NCBI GenBank assembly: GCA_021791335.1
Contig: JAJYWS010000061.1
Location: 22,924-86,923, forward strand
From: Thermoplasmata archaeon
Lineage (GTDB): Archaea > Thermoplasmatota > Thermoplasmata > Lutacidiplasmatales > UBA184
DNA: 64,000 nt
Direction of reading: 5' to 3'
In this document: positions 20,222 to 31,603 of the stretch, in pieces
Layout of the letters: every line of letters starts with the position of its first letter
Position numbering within the stretch: position 1 is the stretch's first letter
Program-made: the position numbers and the translations under genes
The notes under the pieces: model-generated
What the model was told of the DNA's origin: nothing
Seen by the model: only the letters and a program-made list of their open reading frames with translations
The model's database searches: none

Positions 20222-23062
20222 GTGGCCGAACCCAGCGAGACGATCCGGATCCGGGGCGCGCGCCAGCACAACCTCAAGAACGTCGACCTCGACCTGCCGC
20301 GGAACCGGCTCACCGTGATCACCGGGGTGAGCGGTTCGGGCAAGTCGTCGCTCGCCTTCGACACCCTCTACGCCGAGGGCCAGCGGCGCTACATCGAGAG
20401 CCTTTCCTCCTACGCCCGCCAGTTCCTGGGCCAGATGGACAAGCCCGAGGTCGACAGCATCGACGGGCTGTCGCCCGCGATCGCCATCGAGCAACGGGCG
20501 GGCAGCCGCAACCCCCGCTCGACCGTGGGGACCGTCACGGAGATCTACGACTACCTCCGACTGCTCTACGCCCGGATCGGGGTCGCCCACTGCCCGAACG
20601 ACGGCTCGGAGATCGCGCCGCAGTCGGTCGACCGGATCGTCGAATCGATCCGCCATCAGTGGTCGACCGAGCCGATCGACCTCCTGGCCCCGGTGGTCCG
20701 GGCGAAGAAGGGGGAGCACCGGGAGCTGCTCGACCGGCTCAAGGGCGAAGGGTACCGGCGCTACTTCATCGACGGCGTCGAGGTCCGATTCCCAGGGCGT
20801 GAGGTCCGGCTCGCCAAGAACAAGAGCCACACCGTCGAGGTCGTGGTGGACCGCATCGACGCGCCGGGCGAGGAGGCGGCCCGGCTCGCGGAGGCGGTCG
20901 AACTCGCCCGCCGGCTCGCCGATGGCCTCGTCGTGGTCCGCACGAGCGCCGGCGCCCGGACGACCTACTCGAGCCGCCGGGCCTGCCCCCAGTGCGGCTT
21001 CTCGATCGAGGAGCTGACCCCGAGGATGTTCAGCTTCAACAGCCCCTTCGGTGCCTGCCCGGAGTGCCTCGGCATCGGCGCGACCCTCCACGCCCAGGCC
21101 GACCGGGTGATCCCCGACCGGGAGAAGACGCTCGGCACGGCGATCGCCGTCTGGGGATTGACCCCGAGCCGGGCGTCCCTGCGCATGTTCGCCGAGCGGT
21201 ACGGCTACGATCTGCGCCGTCCGGTCCGGGAGCTCTCCGAGGCCGGATGGAAGGCGCTCCTCTACGGGGCCGACCGGGACCTCGGCGGTTCGCCCCACCG
21301 GGCCTCGCACTGGTGGCAGAGCGGCTGGCTCCGGGAGGGGCTCCTGGCGGCGGTCGAACGCCGGTGGAAGACCACGTCGAGCGAGAGCGCCAAGGAGTAC
21401 TACCTCGGCTTCATGGCGTTCATCCCCTGCCCGAAGTGCGGGGGCCGCCGACTCAAGCCCGAGAGCCTGGCGGTGACGGTCCTGGGCCATTCGATCGCCG
21501 AGGTGAGCGGCCTCACCGTCCAGGCCGCGGGCCGGCTCTTCGAGTCGCTCGCCCTCGGCCCCCGGGAGGAGCAGATTGTCGGCCAGGTCGTCCGGGAGAT
21601 CCGGGCGCGGCTGCGGTTCCTCGAGAACGTCGGGCTCACCTACCTCACCCTCGACCGGGGTTCGGGCACCCTCTCCGGCGGGGAGGCCGAGCGGATCGCG
21701 CTCGCGACCCAGATCGGGAGCGGGCTCGTCGGCGTGCTCTACATCCTCGACGAGCCGTCGATCGGGCTCCACGCCCGGGACCACGAGCGGCTCCTGGAGA
21801 CGTTGAAGGCGCTCCGCGACCTCGGCAACACCCTCCTGGTCGTCGAGCACGACGAGATGACCATGCGGGCCGCCGACTGGCTGGTCGACCTCGGCCCGGG
21901 CGCCGGCGCGCTCGGGGGCGAGCTGCTCTACGCCGGTCCGCCGGCCCGGATCGGCGAGGCCGCGCGGTCCCTCACGGGGGACTTCTTGAGCGGCCGCCGG
22001 TCGATCCCGGTGCCGTCCCCCCGGCGCGCGCCCGGCCAGCGTTGGCTCACGATCCACGGCGCCCGGGAGAACAACCTCAAGGGGGATGAGATCCGGATCC
22101 CCCTCGGGTTGCTGGTCGCCTTCTCGGGGGTCTCGGGGAGCGGGAAGTCGACGGTCCTCGAGGAGATCCTCTACAAGTCGCTCCGCCGCCACCTGGGCAC
22201 GGGCCGGGAGACCCCGGGCCGTCACGACTTCATCGACGGCATCGACCAGGTCGACCGGGTCCTGTTCATCGACCAGTCCCCGATCGGCCGGACCCCCCGG
22301 AGCAACCCCGCGACCTACACCGGCCTCATGACCCCGATCCGGGAGCTGTTCGCCGGTCTCCCCGAGGCGAAGGCCCGCGGATTCGGCCCCGGACGGTTCA
22401 GCTTCAACGTGGCCGAGGGTCGGTGCGAGGCGTGCGACGGCGACGGGCTGATCCGCTACGAGATGCACTTTCTGCCCGACGTCTACGTCGCCTGCGAGGA
22501 GTGCCACGGCCTCAGGTTCAACGCCGAGACCCTCGAGGTCCGCTTCAAGGGGAAGTCGATCGCCGACGTGCTCGCGATGACGGTCGACGAGGCGCTCGCC
22601 TTCTTCTCGAACCACCGGCGCATCGCCGCCCGGCTCCAGCTCCTGAGCGCGGTCGGCCTCGGCTACATCCAGCTGGGCCAGAGCGCCACCACGCTCTCGG
22701 GCGGCGAGGCGCAGCGGATCAAGATCGCCTTCGAACTCGCGAAGGTCCCGACCGGACGGACCCTCTACCTGCTCGACGAACCGACCACCGGGCTCCACTT
22801 CGCCGACGTGGAGCGCCTCCTTGAGGTCCTCTTCCGGTTGCGCGAGGCGGGCAACACGGTGATCGTCATCGAACACAACCTCGATGTCCTCAAGTCGGCC
22901 GACTGGGTGATCGACCTCGGGCCGGAGGGCGGGGATGCCGGCGGCCGGGTGGTGGCCGCCGGTCCGCCGGAGACGATCGCCCGGAGCCCGGGCTCCCACA
23001 CCGGCCGGTTCCTCGCCCCCCACGTGGCGGCGGGACCGACGCTCCGCGCCGCGCTCCGATGA
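20222..23062 (+). CDS. uvrA: Excinuclease ABC subunit A
   Basis: Two ABC ATPase modules (GVSGSGKSS twice), LSGGE signatures and zinc-finger insertions; 946 aa. Confidence 0.95.
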   Translation: MAEPSETIRIRGARQHNLKNVDLDLPRNRLTVITGVSGSGKSSLAFDTLYAEGQRRYIESLSSYARQFLGQMDKPEVDSIDGLSPAIAIEQRAGSRNPRSTVGTVTEIYDYLRLLYARIGVAHCPNDGSEIAPQSVDRIVESIRHQWSTEPIDLLAPVVRAKKGEHRELLDRLKGEGYRRYFIDGVEVRFPGREVRLAKNKSHTVEVVVDRIDAPGEEAARLAEAVELARRLADGLVVVRTSAGARTTYSSRRACPQCGFSIEELTPRMFSFNSPFGACPECLGIGATLHAQADRVIPDREKTLGTAIAVWGLTPSRASLRMFAERYGYDLRRPVRELSEAGWKALLYGADRDLGGSPHRASHWWQSGWLREGLLAAVERRWKTTSSESAKEYYLGFMAFIPCPKCGGRRLKPESLAVTVLGHSIAEVSGLTVQAAGRLFESLALGPREEQIVGQVVREIRARLRFLENVGLTYLTLDRGSGTLSGGEAERIALATQIGSGLVGVLYILDEPSIGLHARDHERLLETLKALRDLGNTLLVVEHDEMTMRAADWLVDLGPGAGALGGELLYAGPPARIGEAARSLTGDFLSGRRSIPVPSPRRAPGQRWLTIHGARENNLKGDEIRIPLGLLVAFSGVSGSGKSTVLEEILYKSLRRHLGTGRETPGRHDFIDGIDQVDRVLFIDQSPIGRTPRSNPATYTGLMTPIRELFAGLPEAKARGFGPGRFSFNVAEGRCEACDGDGLIRYEMHFLPDVYVACEECHGLRFNAETLEVRFKGKSIADVLAMTVDEALAFFSNHRRIAARLQLLSAVGLGYIQLGQSATTLSGGEAQRIKIAFELAKVPTGRTLYLLDEPTTGLHFADVERLLEVLFRLREAGNTVIVIEHNLDVLKSADWVIDLGPEGGDAGGRVVAAGPPETIARSPGSHTGRFLAPHVAAGPTLRAALR

Positions 23063-24783
23063 CCGAATCCCCCCGGCCGTCCCCGGAACTCCCCGGTTTC
23101 GTCCCGGCCAGCGAGATCGACGGGGCGGCCGGCCAGTACCGTCGGGGCCCCGACGCCCCCGGGGTCTACCTCTTCAAGAGCCGGGCGGGGGAGGTGGTCT
23201 ATGTCGGCAAGGCCCGCAGCCTGCGCCGCCGGGTGCTCGACCACCTGCGCGCGAAGATCGAGAAGGACGGGTCGATCCTGGCGCAGAGCGCGAGCGTCGA
23301 GTTCGTCCCGACCGGTTCGGAACGGGAGGCCCTGCTGCTCGAGGCGAGCCTGATCAAGCAGTACCAGCCCCCGTACAATGCGCTCCTCAAGGACGACCGC
23401 AGCTACCCGTACCTGTCGGTCAACCTGAAGGAACCGTTCCCGAGGCTCCTGTTGGTCCGACGGCCCCGCAAGGGGTCCGGGGCCCTCCTCTTCGGGCCGT
23501 ACACCGGCGCGCGGGAGGCCCGGCACCTCCAGCAGATGGTCGTCGATACCTTCCGCCTACGACGGTGCGTCCGGCTGCCGAAGACCGCCTGCCTCTACTA
23601 CCACCTCAAGGTCTGCAGCGCCCCGTGCATCGGCGCGATCGATGCGGCGGAGTACGGGAAGGAGCTGGGCTCGGCGGTCCGGGTCCTCCAGGGCCACGGG
23701 GAGGAGCTCCGGCCCACGCTCGAATCCCAGATGCGGTCGGCCGCCGACCGTCAGGAGTTCGAGCGGGCCGCCCATCTCCGCGATGCGCTCGCCGGCCTCG
23801 ACGCGCTCTCCGAACGCCAGCACGTGGTCGGGCCGGGCCGCGGCCGGGTCGACGTCCTGGCGCTCGCCTATCCGAACGACCCGTCGACCCTCCGGGTCGC
23901 CGTGGGTCGGCTGAGGGTCGAGGACGGCGAGGTCCGGGGGACCGACCCGCACCTGCTCTCGATCTCGGCGACCGATCCGCCGGATCCGACCGAGGTCTGG
24001 CGGCAGTTTTTGGGCCAGTTCTACGGCGACGGTTGGGACCTGCCGGCGCGGATCTACCTCGCCGGGGCGGTCCCCGAGGGGCTCGCCCCGGTCCTGGACG
24101 AACTCTTCGAGTCGCGGGGGATCCAGGTGCAGAGCCGCCCGACCGGCCGGTACGCCGCGCTGGGCCGGCTCGCGGAGCGGCTCGCCCGGGCGACGGTCGA
24201 CCAGGTCACGAGCGGACCGGCCCCCCGGGAGGTCCTCCTCGCCCTGATGAGCCTCCTCAAGCTCCCGACGATCCCGCAGCGGATCGAGGGGATCGACATC
24301 TCGATCCTCCAGGGGACCGACGCCGTGGGCTCCTTGGTGGTCTTCGACCACGGGCTCCCCCGCCGGTCGGAGTACCGGCGCTATCGGATCCGGTCGGTCC
24401 GGGGCACCGACGACTTCGCGAGCGTGGCCGAGGTGGTCGGCCGGCGCTTCCGACGCCAGCTGGCCGAAGCGGAGCCGCTCCCCGACCTGCTCCTGATCGA
24501 CGGGGGCGCCGGCCAGTTGGCGGCGGCGGAAGCCGCCCTGGCGGCGCTCGGGCTCGCCGACCGGATTCCCGCGATCGGGCTCGCGAAGCGGGAGGAGGAG
24601 GTCTACCTGCCGGACCGGAACCTCCCGCTCAAGCCGTCCCCCAACCTCCCGGCGATGCTGCTGCTGCGCGCGGTCCGCGACGAGGCGCACCGCTTTGCGG
24701 TGACCTACCACCGGACCCGACGGCGGATCCGGCTGCGGACCGAGATGGAGCGGGCGCTCGGCGACCGCCCGACCCCGCCCTAA
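23059..24783 (+). CDS. uvrC: Excinuclease ABC subunit C
   Basis: GIY-YIG N-terminal domain (GVYLFKS...VVYVGKA), UvrBC-interaction motif and an endonuclease/HhH C-terminus; overlaps the uvrA stop (ATGA). Confidence 0.9.
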   Translation: MTESPRPSPELPGFVPASEIDGAAGQYRRGPDAPGVYLFKSRAGEVVYVGKARSLRRRVLDHLRAKIEKDGSILAQSASVEFVPTGSEREALLLEASLIKQYQPPYNALLKDDRSYPYLSVNLKEPFPRLLLVRRPRKGSGALLFGPYTGAREARHLQQMVVDTFRLRRCVRLPKTACLYYHLKVCSAPCIGAIDAAEYGKELGSAVRVLQGHGEELRPTLESQMRSAADRQEFERAAHLRDALAGLDALSERQHVVGPGRGRVDVLALAYPNDPSTLRVAVGRLRVEDGEVRGTDPHLLSISATDPPDPTEVWRQFLGQFYGDGWDLPARIYLAGAVPEGLAPVLDELFESRGIQVQSRPTGRYAALGRLAERLARATVDQVTSGPAPREVLLALMSLLKLPTIPQRIEGIDISILQGTDAVGSLVVFDHGLPRRSEYRRYRIRSVRGTDDFASVAEVVGRRFRRQLAEAEPLPDLLLIDGGAGQLAAAEAALAALGLADRIPAIGLAKREEEVYLPDRNLPLKPSPNLPAMLLLRAVRDEAHRFAVTYHRTRRRIRLRTEMERALGDRPTPP

Positions 24784-25538
24784 CGGCCGTTGCGCGGCTT
24801 CTCGGGCGTGCCGATGAACGGCAGCCCCTGGACCCGGGCGGCGATCTCGGCGGGGGTGAGCCGGCGCAGGTCGGCCTCCGGTTCGAGGATCGCGACATCC
24901 AGCGATTCGGGCGGGAACGGGGTCGGGGAGCCCTCAGCGACGGCGCGGACGGCGAGCTTGAACGCCGCGTCCTCCGACAGCCCCGAGCCGATGTTCTCCT
25001 CGAGGAAATCCGCGGCCGCCCGACGGTTGCGGCCGATCGCGTAGGCTTTCCAGCCGATCGTGGCGCCGCTCGGATCGAGTTCGACCAGCCCCGGCGTGCC
25101 CCCCGAGAACCCTCCGATGAGGAGCGAGACCGCGAACGGGCGGGTCCCGCCGTACTGCGTGTACTGCTGGAGCAGCGTCCCGAGCGCGTTCGAGAGGAGG
25201 CCGTACGGCGCCCCTTCCCCGTAGGTGATCCGGTGGCGTTGCGCCTCGAGCCGCAGGAATTCGACGAGGACCCGGGAGTCGGCAATGAGGCCCGCGGTGA
25301 CGCAGGCAAGTCCCGTGTCGATCGCGAAGCTCTTCTCGATCGATCCCGCCTTGGCGAGGGGGCTCTGGGGCAGGTTGCGGTAGGCCACGAAGACGATGCC
25401 GCGATCGTAGGTGACCGCGACCGCCGTGCCGCCCATCTGGATCGCCTGCAGCGCGTACTCCACCTGGAACAGGCGCCCGTCCGGCGAGAATACGGTGCTG
25501 GCACGGTCGTACGCCATCTGCCCGGGTTGCATCTCCAT
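24780..25538 (-). CDS. psmA: Proteasome alpha subunit
   Basis: MEMQPGQMAYDRASTVFSPDGRLFQVEYA is the canonical archaeal alpha-subunit N-terminus. Confidence 0.9.
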   Translation of the reverse strand: MEMQPGQMAYDRASTVFSPDGRLFQVEYALQAIQMGGTAVAVTYDRGIVFVAYRNLPQSPLAKAGSIEKSFAIDTGLACVTAGLIADSRVLVEFLRLEAQRHRITYGEGAPYGLLSNALGTLLQQYTQYGGTRPFAVSLLIGGFSGGTPGLVELDPSGATIGWKAYAIGRNRRAAADFLEENIGSGLSEDAAFKLAVRAVAEGSPTPFPPESLDVAILEPEADLRRLTPAEIAARVQGLPFIGTPEKPRNGR

Positions 25539-25613
25539 CGTGAATCGGCCTCCGAAACCGCGGGGGGACACCGTGGGGGGGATTTGAGCAGTGCGCCCGC
25601 GCTTTCCTTGCCT

Positions 25614-25850
25614 TCACCGCCTCGGGCGGCGTCGGCGGGCCGGGGCATCGGCCCCGTCCGGGCTTCGGGGGCGAGGGGCCGCGGGCGGGGTGTACTCCTC
25701 ATCGCAGAGATGCCCTCCCCACGTGAGGTAGCGGTCGTCCCCCCGGCGGTGCTTGATCGAGCAGGGACCCCAACCGTTGTCCTCCCCCCCATACCACATC
25801 GGGCACTCCCGACAGCGGAGGGGCGGTCGGGCGGTGGCCCGGGCCGTCAT
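25614..25850 (-). CDS. Hypothetical small Cys-rich (putative zinc-binding) basic protein
   Basis: [53 protein letters not shown]... The ATG overlaps the folD stop (ATGA). Coding-like codon bias. Confidence 0.35.
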   Translation of the reverse strand: MTARATARPPLRCRECPMWYGGEDNGWGPCSIKHRRGDDRYLTWGGHLCDEEYTPPAAPRPRSPDGADAPARRRRPRR

Positions 25851-26731
25851 CCGGTCGCCTCCGCGAGGCGGTGACGTCGGGCGGCGAGCACATTCGAGAG
25901 CAGCATCGGCACGGTGACGGCTCCGACCCCGCCGGGGACCGGGGAGATCCCCTCGGCCCAACCGTCGAGATCGGCCGCGTCGGCATCGCCGACCGCCCGG
26001 TGCCGACCGGGCCGATCGGGGTCCGGTCGGCTGGTGAGGCCGACATCGACAATGAAGGCCCCCCGGGGGACATTGGATCGGTTGAGGAGGCCGGGGCGGC
26101 CGGCGCAACTGAAGATCACCCGACAGTCGGCGAGCGCCCGGGCGAGGGAGGGGGTCTGACTGTGGGTCACGGTGACGGTGGCATTCCCCCCGGCCCCTCG
26201 GCCGAGGAGCTGGAGAGCGAGGGGGATGCCGACCGACTCCGACCGGCCCACGACCGCCACGTGCTCACCGCGCACCGGGAGGTCATACTGGGCCGCGAGG
26301 GCGAGGGCCGCCCGGGCGACCGCGGGCACCTGACCGGGCGCCCCGACCGCGAGCCGGCCGAGGTTGGAGGTACCGACCCCGTCGACATCCTTCCAGGGGG
26401 AAAGCCCGTCCACCGCACGGCGGAAGCCGAGATTCGCCGGGAGGGGATGCTCGACCAGGACCGCATCGACCTCCGGGGCCCGGTCCAGCTCCCGCAAGAG
26501 ACCGCCCAGCTCTTCGGCGGTCGTGTCGGCCCCCAGGGCACGCTCCTGGAACCTTATCCCGACCTCCGCGCAGCGCCGGGCCTGCTGACGGAGGTAGAAG
26601 GCGAACGGGGTCGCCGCCGCCTGGTGGACGCTGACCAGGGTGGGCGGTGGACCGGTGAGGTCGCTGACCTCCCGACGCAGCTCCGCCTGGATCCGGAGCG
26701 CAAGCGGAGCCCCGTCCAACCGGGCGGTCAT
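25847..26731 (-). CDS. folD: Bifunctional methylenetetrahydrofolate dehydrogenase/cyclohydrolase
   Basis: Typical FolD layout with a Rossmann GRSESVG motif. Start is the internal ATG ([22 protein letters not shown]). Confidence 0.85.
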   Translation of the reverse strand: MTARLDGAPLALRIQAELRREVSDLTGPPPTLVSVHQAAATPFAFYLRQQARRCAEVGIRFQERALGADTTAEELGGLLRELDRAPEVDAVLVEHPLPANLGFRRAVDGLSPWKDVDGVGTSNLGRLAVGAPGQVPAVARAALALAAQYDLPVRGEHVAVVGRSESVGIPLALQLLGRGAGGNATVTVTHSQTPSLARALADCRVIFSCAGRPGLLNRSNVPRGAFIVDVGLTSRPDPDRPGRHRAVGDADAADLDGWAEGISPVPGGVGAVTVPMLLSNVLAARRHRLAEATG

Positions 26732-26832
26732 GGGCCGCGAGGAGTTCGGTGCGGTAGATAAGGGGCGCCGCCCCCGGGACGTCGCCGCCACCTGCCCCGG
26801 GCACCGGCGGGAGTCAACTGCGCTTCCGCTAA

Positions 26833-26842
26833 ATGATTTATA
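26833..26842 (+). promoter_or_regulatory. Putative TATA box (ATTTATAC) upstream of lonB
   Basis: The sole AT-rich element in the folD-lonB divergent spacer, ~35 nt upstream of the candidate GTG start at 26877. Confidence 0.35.
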
Positions 26843-26876
26843 CAGTGCCCCCCTTTCAACGGATGGGCGGGTCGGG

Positions 26877-28934
26877 GTGCCTTACCGCATCCTCCGATCG
26901 CTCCCTGGAGCACCTACGACAACCCCCGAGAATCCATCCCCGGCACCGCCGGAGGGCACGGGGGCGGACACGGAGCTCGACCGGTGGGCGCGCACCCTCC
27001 CCTTCACCACCACCGCCAATGTCGAGGTGCCGAACCGTTTGCTCGACCAGGTCATCGGCCAGGATGAGGCGGTCGAGGTCGCCAAGAAGGCCGCCACGCA
27101 GAAGCGGCACATGATCCTGATCGGCGAACCGGGGACGGGCAAGAGCATGCTCGCCCGCGCGATGGTCGATTTCCTCCCGAAGGAGCAGCTTCAGGACATC
27201 CTCGCGTATCCGAACATCGAGGACCCCAACGAGCCGAAGATCCGGGTGGTCCCGGCCGGCAAAGGCAAGGAGATCATCGCCGCCCAGAAGCTCGAGGCCG
27301 CGCAGCGCAAGGAGCAGCGGATGATCCTGCTGGTCGTCGCAGCGCTCGCCATCTTCGGGTTCACCCTCTACATCGTGATCGTCGACAAGGACCTTACGGC
27401 GATCCTGATCGGGCTCCTCATCATCTTCATCCTGTACGCCGTGGTCCGGTTCAGCAGCGGCCGGAATGACGGGGGCGCCACGGTCGCGAAACTCCTGGTC
27501 TCGCATACGCCCGATGAGCGGCCGCCGTTCATCGACGCGACGGGGGCCCACGCCGGCGCTCTCCTGGGGGACGTGAAGCACGACCCCTTCCAGTCGGGAG
27601 GGCTGGAGACTCCGCCCCACGAGCGGGTCGAGATCGGGGCGATCCACAAGGCCCATGGGGGGATCCTGTTCATCGACGAGATCAACCTCCTCAAGATCGA
27701 GAGCCAGCACTCGCTGTTGACCGCCCTCCAGGAGCGGAAGTTCCCCGTGGTCGGGCAGTCGGAGCGCAGCGCCGGGGCGATGGTCAAGACCGAACCGGTC
27801 CCGGCCGACTTCGTCCTCGTGGCGGCCGGCAACATCGACAGCGTGCAGACGATGCACCCCGCGCTCCGCTCCCGGATCCGCGGCTACGGCTACGAGCTGT
27901 TCGTCAAGACCACGATGCCCGACACCCCGGAGAACCGGCTCAAGCTGGTCCGGTTCGTCGCGCAGGAGGTGGTCAAGGACAAGAAGATCGCCCACTTCGA
28001 CATGTCGGCCGTTGTCGAGGTGATCCGGGAAGCCCAGCGGCGCAGCGGGCGCTCGGGGCAGCTGACCCTGAGGCTCCGGGAGCTCGGGGGCCTGGTCCGG
28101 GTCTCGGGGGACATCGCGAACACGCAGGGCGCGAACGTGGTCACCGCCGCGCACGTCGTCCAGGGCAAGCGGGCCAGCCGGTCGCTCGAGCAGCAGATCG
28201 CCGACCGGTACATCGAGCGGCGCAAGGAGTACCGCATGTTTGCGACCGAAGGCGCTGCGGTCGGTTCGGTCAACGGCCTGGCGGCCATCAACGCTCAGTC
28301 GGGGATGAGCGAATTCTCGGGCATCGTGCTCCCGATCGTCGCCGAGGTGACCCCGGCGCAGACCCGCAACGGCGGTGTGGTCGTGGCCACCGGGAAGCTC
28401 GGGGAGATCGCCAAGGAGGCGGTCCAGAACGTGAGCGCCCTCATCAAGAAGTATTCGGGAGAAGACATCTCGAGGTTCGATGTCCACATCCAGTTTGTCG
28501 GGACCTCCGACGGCGTGGAGGGCGACAGCGCTTCGGTCTCGATCGCCACCGCCGTCATCAGCGCCCTCGAAGGGGTGCCGGTCGACCAGTCGGTCGCGAT
28601 GACCGGGTCGCTCTCGGTCCGGGGGTCGGTCCTTCCGGTCGGCGGAGTGACCGCGAAGGTCGAGGCCGCGGCCGATTCGGGGCTCAAGCGGGTGCTGATC
28701 CCCGAGGATAACCTGGACGATTTGGTCCTGGAAGCCCGCTACAAGGGCAAGATCGAGGTCATTCCCGTGCGCACCCTTCGGGACGTCCTGAGCTACGCCC
28801 TCGTGGGGCAGGGACCCCAGAAGGAGTCGCTGCTCGGCCGTCTCGCCGAGATGGTCAAGGCGACGAACCGGACCACTGTCGACACGACCACGACCGGGCG
28901 GATCGCGCCGGTAGGACGGCCGACCGGTTCGTGA
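26877..28934 (+). CDS. lon: Archaeal membrane-anchored ATP-dependent Lon protease (LonB)
   Basis: Walker A GEPGTGKS, two inserted TM helices, Walker B ILFIDEI, and a C-terminal protease domain with the GDSAS catalytic-serine region. The start codon is uncertain: no in-frame ATG downstream of the folD start, so GTG 26877 is proposed. Confidence 0.85.
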   Translation: MPYRILRSLPGAPTTTPENPSPAPPEGTGADTELDRWARTLPFTTTANVEVPNRLLDQVIGQDEAVEVAKKAATQKRHMILIGEPGTGKSMLARAMVDFLPKEQLQDILAYPNIEDPNEPKIRVVPAGKGKEIIAAQKLEAAQRKEQRMILLVVAALAIFGFTLYIVIVDKDLTAILIGLLIIFILYAVVRFSSGRNDGGATVAKLLVSHTPDERPPFIDATGAHAGALLGDVKHDPFQSGGLETPPHERVEIGAIHKAHGGILFIDEINLLKIESQHSLLTALQERKFPVVGQSERSAGAMVKTEPVPADFVLVAAGNIDSVQTMHPALRSRIRGYGYELFVKTTMPDTPENRLKLVRFVAQEVVKDKKIAHFDMSAVVEVIREAQRRSGRSGQLTLRLRELGGLVRVSGDIANTQGANVVTAAHVVQGKRASRSLEQQIADRYIERRKEYRMFATEGAAVGSVNGLAAINAQSGMSEFSGIVLPIVAEVTPAQTRNGGVVVATGKLGEIAKEAVQNVSALIKKYSGEDISRFDVHIQFVGTSDGVEGDSASVSIATAVISALEGVPVDQSVAMTGSLSVRGSVLPVGGVTAKVEAAADSGLKRVLIPEDNLDDLVLEARYKGKIEVIPVRTLRDVLSYALVGQGPQKESLLGRLAEMVKATNRTTVDTTTTGRIAPVGRPTGS

Positions 28935-29182
28935 GAGGCCACTCCCCCATTTCGGTCCATCGCTCGCCGGCCCGCGATCCGGCGCTCTCCGGGTGGCCCG
29001 GCGCGTCCGAGGGCGCCGAGCCGGACGGCGGATTCGTCAACCGGCCCTGCTATGCGTTCAACCACCGGATCCCCCCGAAGCTCGACGACCGGCGGTGCGA
29101 CCACTGCCGGCACTACCTGACGCCGCGCTGCCCTCACATCGAGGAGTTCCTCGACGAGGTCGACGACCCCACCTCGGAGTGA
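28931..29182 (+). CDS. Hypothetical small Cys/His-rich protein (putative zinc finger)
   Basis: PCYAFNH...[16 protein letters not shown] cluster of 4 Cys and 4 His. GTG overlaps the lonB stop (GTGA). GC3-biased codons. Confidence 0.4.
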   Translation: MRGHSPISVHRSPARDPALSGWPGASEGAEPDGGFVNRPCYAFNHRIPPKLDDRRCDHCRHYLTPRCPHIEEFLDEVDDPTSE

Positions 29183-29187
29183 GGGCG

Positions 29188-29721
29188 GTGCGGGGCCTTC
29201 TGGTCGGACGATTCCAGCCGTTTCACCTCGGTCACCTCGCCACCGTCCGGTGGATCCGGGAGCATCACGACGAACCGCTGCTCCTGGGGATCGGATCGGC
29301 CCAGGAGTCGTACACCTGGACGAACCCCTTCACGGCCGGGGAGCGGTTCGAGATGATCGACCGGACCCTGCGCGCGGAGGGGATCTCCCAGGTCCAGTGC
29401 GTGCCGTTGCCCGACATCCATCGGCACGCCCAGTGGGTCGCCTACGTCGAGTCGATGCTCCCGCCGTTCTCCCGGGTCTACACCAACAACCCGCTCACCC
29501 GGCTCCTCTTCGAGCGGGCGGGGCACCCGGTCGTCTCGGTCCCCTGGGCCGACCGGGAGCGGTGTGAGGGCGCGAAGCTCCGACGCCAGCTCGCGGGGAG
29601 CGGATCGACGGAATCGTTGCCCCTGCCCGGGGCCGTCGCGGCCTATCTCACGGAGATCGCCGGACCCGAGCGGCTCCGCCGGTTGCGTCCCGAGGAGGCG
29701 GACGGGAAGCCCCCATCATGA
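29188..29721 (+). CDS. nadM: Nicotinamide-nucleotide adenylyltransferase (archaeal NMNAT)
   Basis: GRFQPFHLGH (H/T-x-G-H) nucleotidyltransferase motif; ~177 aa; GTG start. Confidence 0.85.
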   Translation: MRGLLVGRFQPFHLGHLATVRWIREHHDEPLLLGIGSAQESYTWTNPFTAGERFEMIDRTLRAEGISQVQCVPLPDIHRHAQWVAYVESMLPPFSRVYTNNPLTRLLFERAGHPVVSVPWADRERCEGAKLRRQLAGSGSTESLPLPGAVAAYLTEIAGPERLRRLRPEEADGKPPS

Positions 29722-30947
29722 GCGATCCCGTGATCGAGCGGCCGCGGCCGCCCCGGTTCGATCCGTTGCCCGACTGGGTCGGGCCGGCGACGCGGCTCAT
29801 CCACGGGGCCCGTCGGCCCGACCGGAACGCGGGCGCGGTGGTGCCCCCGCTCTACACCTCCACCACCTACCGGTTTCCCCCCGAGTTCTCGCCGGCGGAG
29901 CCCCGCGATCCCCCCTACCTGTACGCCCGGGAGGGGCATCCTACGGCCGAACCCCCGGCCGAGATCATCCGCCAGCTCGAAGGGGCGGAAGCCGCCCGGC
30001 TGTTCGGCTCCGGGATGGGAGCCCTGGCGGCGACGTTCCAGAGCCTCGTGCGCCCGGGCGACGAGGTCGTCGCGTTCGCCGACATCTACGGCGGGACCCG
30101 CACCCTCCTCGCCCAGCTCGAGGGCGCCGTGGGGATCCGGGTCCGCTGGGTCCAGCCGGGGGAGACCCGCCGCCCCCGCGACGTGGTGGGCCCGGCGAGC
30201 CGGCTGGTTTTCCTCGAGACCCCGTCGAACCCCCTTCTGACGGTCCACGACATCGGGGCCTGGGCCTCGGAGGCCGACGCGGTGGGGGCGCTGCTGATCG
30301 TCGACAACACCTTTGCGACCCCCGTGAACCAACGGCCGCTCAAGTTCGGCGCCGACCTGGTGGTCCACAGCGCGACCAAGTATCTGGGGGGCCACTCCGA
30401 TCTGATGGCCGGGGCGGTCGTCGGGCCGCGACAGCTCGTCGATCGGATCGACGCGCACCACACCCTGGGCTCGGTCCCCGATCCGTGGTCGGCCTACCTG
30501 CTGAATCGCAGCCTGAAGACCCTCAGCCTCCGGGTGGCCCGGCAGAACGAGAATGCGCGGGCGGTGGCCCTCGCGCTCCGGGACCACCCGGCGGTCGAAC
30601 GGGTCTACTACCCGGGCTGGAACTCGGTCGAGGAGGAAGCGGTGGCCGACCGCCAGATGGCCGGGCGGGGAGGGATGGTCGCCTTCGACCTCCGGGGAGG
30701 ATCGATGGCCGTCCGAGAGTTCCTCCACCGGCTCCGGTTCGTCGAGGTGGCGTCCAGTCTCGGCGGCGTCGAGAGCCTGGTCAGCGTCCCCCGGGAAACC
30801 TCCCACCGCGGGCTGGACCCGGGCGAACGGCTCCGGCTCGGCATCGGCGACGGCCTCGTGCGGCTGAGCCTCGGGATCGAGGAGACGGCCGATCTGCTCC
30901 GCGACCTCCGCGAGGCCTTGGAGCCGCGAACGGACCACCGGGTCTGA
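29718..30947 (+). CDS. PLP-dependent Cys/Met-metabolism enzyme (cystathionine gamma-synthase/beta-lyase/methionine gamma-lyase family)
   Basis: SATKYLGGHSD PLP-lysine motif; ~400 aa; the ATG overlaps the nadM stop (ATGA). Confidence 0.85.
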   Translation: MSDPVIERPRPPRFDPLPDWVGPATRLIHGARRPDRNAGAVVPPLYTSTTYRFPPEFSPAEPRDPPYLYAREGHPTAEPPAEIIRQLEGAEAARLFGSGMGALAATFQSLVRPGDEVVAFADIYGGTRTLLAQLEGAVGIRVRWVQPGETRRPRDVVGPASRLVFLETPSNPLLTVHDIGAWASEADAVGALLIVDNTFATPVNQRPLKFGADLVVHSATKYLGGHSDLMAGAVVGPRQLVDRIDAHHTLGSVPDPWSAYLLNRSLKTLSLRVARQNENARAVALALRDHPAVERVYYPGWNSVEEEAVADRQMAGRGGMVAFDLRGGSMAVREFLHRLRFVEVASSLGGVESLVSVPRETSHRGLDPGERLRLGIGDGLVRLSLGIEETADLLRDLREALEPRTDHRV

Positions 30948-30968
30948 GGTCGAGCCGCCGCGGCCGGA

Positions 30969-31448
30969 CTAGAGCGTCGTCACGAGGGTCACCTGGAGGC
31001 TGCTGGTGACCGTCCAACGGCCGGAGGGGGCGCCGTTCGGGTGATCGACCAGGAAGTAATACACGCCCGTCGCCGGGACCGAATAGTGGAGGCTCACCGA
31101 GGCCGCGCCCAGCGATGACCAGAGCGACGTGGTGACCGACCCGGTCGTATTGAAGATCTGCATCTGGGCGGGGTTCAGGACATACGCATACAGCACCCCG
31201 GAGCTACTGAGGGTGTAGTTCCCCCAGTAGGTGCCTCCCGCCAGGATGTGGTAGCCATGGCTCTCGAAGTAGATCCCCGAGATGGTCCGGTTGAGGCCGG
31301 CCGGAAACATCGTCACGGTCGTCGTATGGGGGCCGCCGCCCGAGTCCAGCCCGCTTCCGCCCAGGCCGATCGCCAGGACGACGCCGACCAACACCAGGGC
31401 CACGACAACCAATCCAATGCCGGCCCAAACCAGCTTGCCGAGCGCCAC
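30969..31448 (-). CDS. Hypothetical secreted/membrane-anchored Ser/Thr-rich protein
   Basis: N-terminal hydrophobic anchor and a beta-rich Ser/Thr/Tyr domain with several N-x-S/T sequons (NRT, NYT, NTT). Confidence 0.5.
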   Translation of the reverse strand: MALGKLVWAGIGLVVVALVLVGVVLAIGLGGSGLDSGGGPHTTTVTMFPAGLNRTISGIYFESHGYHILAGGTYWGNYTLSSSGVLYAYVLNPAQMQIFNTTGSVTTSLWSSLGAASVSLHYSVPATGVYYFLVDHPNGAPSGRWTVTSSLQVTLVTTL

Positions 31449-31603
31449 GCCCCAAAACCCCGTCGAGGATACTTATGGCCTGCGGCGGGTTTCGACACCG
31501 GCCGGCGGCGACGCCGCCGGGGAGTGCCGGCCCGGACGAGGGCCCGTCCCGAGGGCTCATTGAGTGAAACTCTTACAAGGCGGGGGGATTCCCCCCGCGT
31601 ACC

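Noticed and set aside
19211-23023. 1270-aa minus-strand ORF antisense to uvrA
   Set aside because: Low-complexity Gly/Arg/Pro/Glu-rich translation with no domain. It lies opposite a strongly supported uvrA. It is the typical stop-poor antisense frame of GC-rich DNA.
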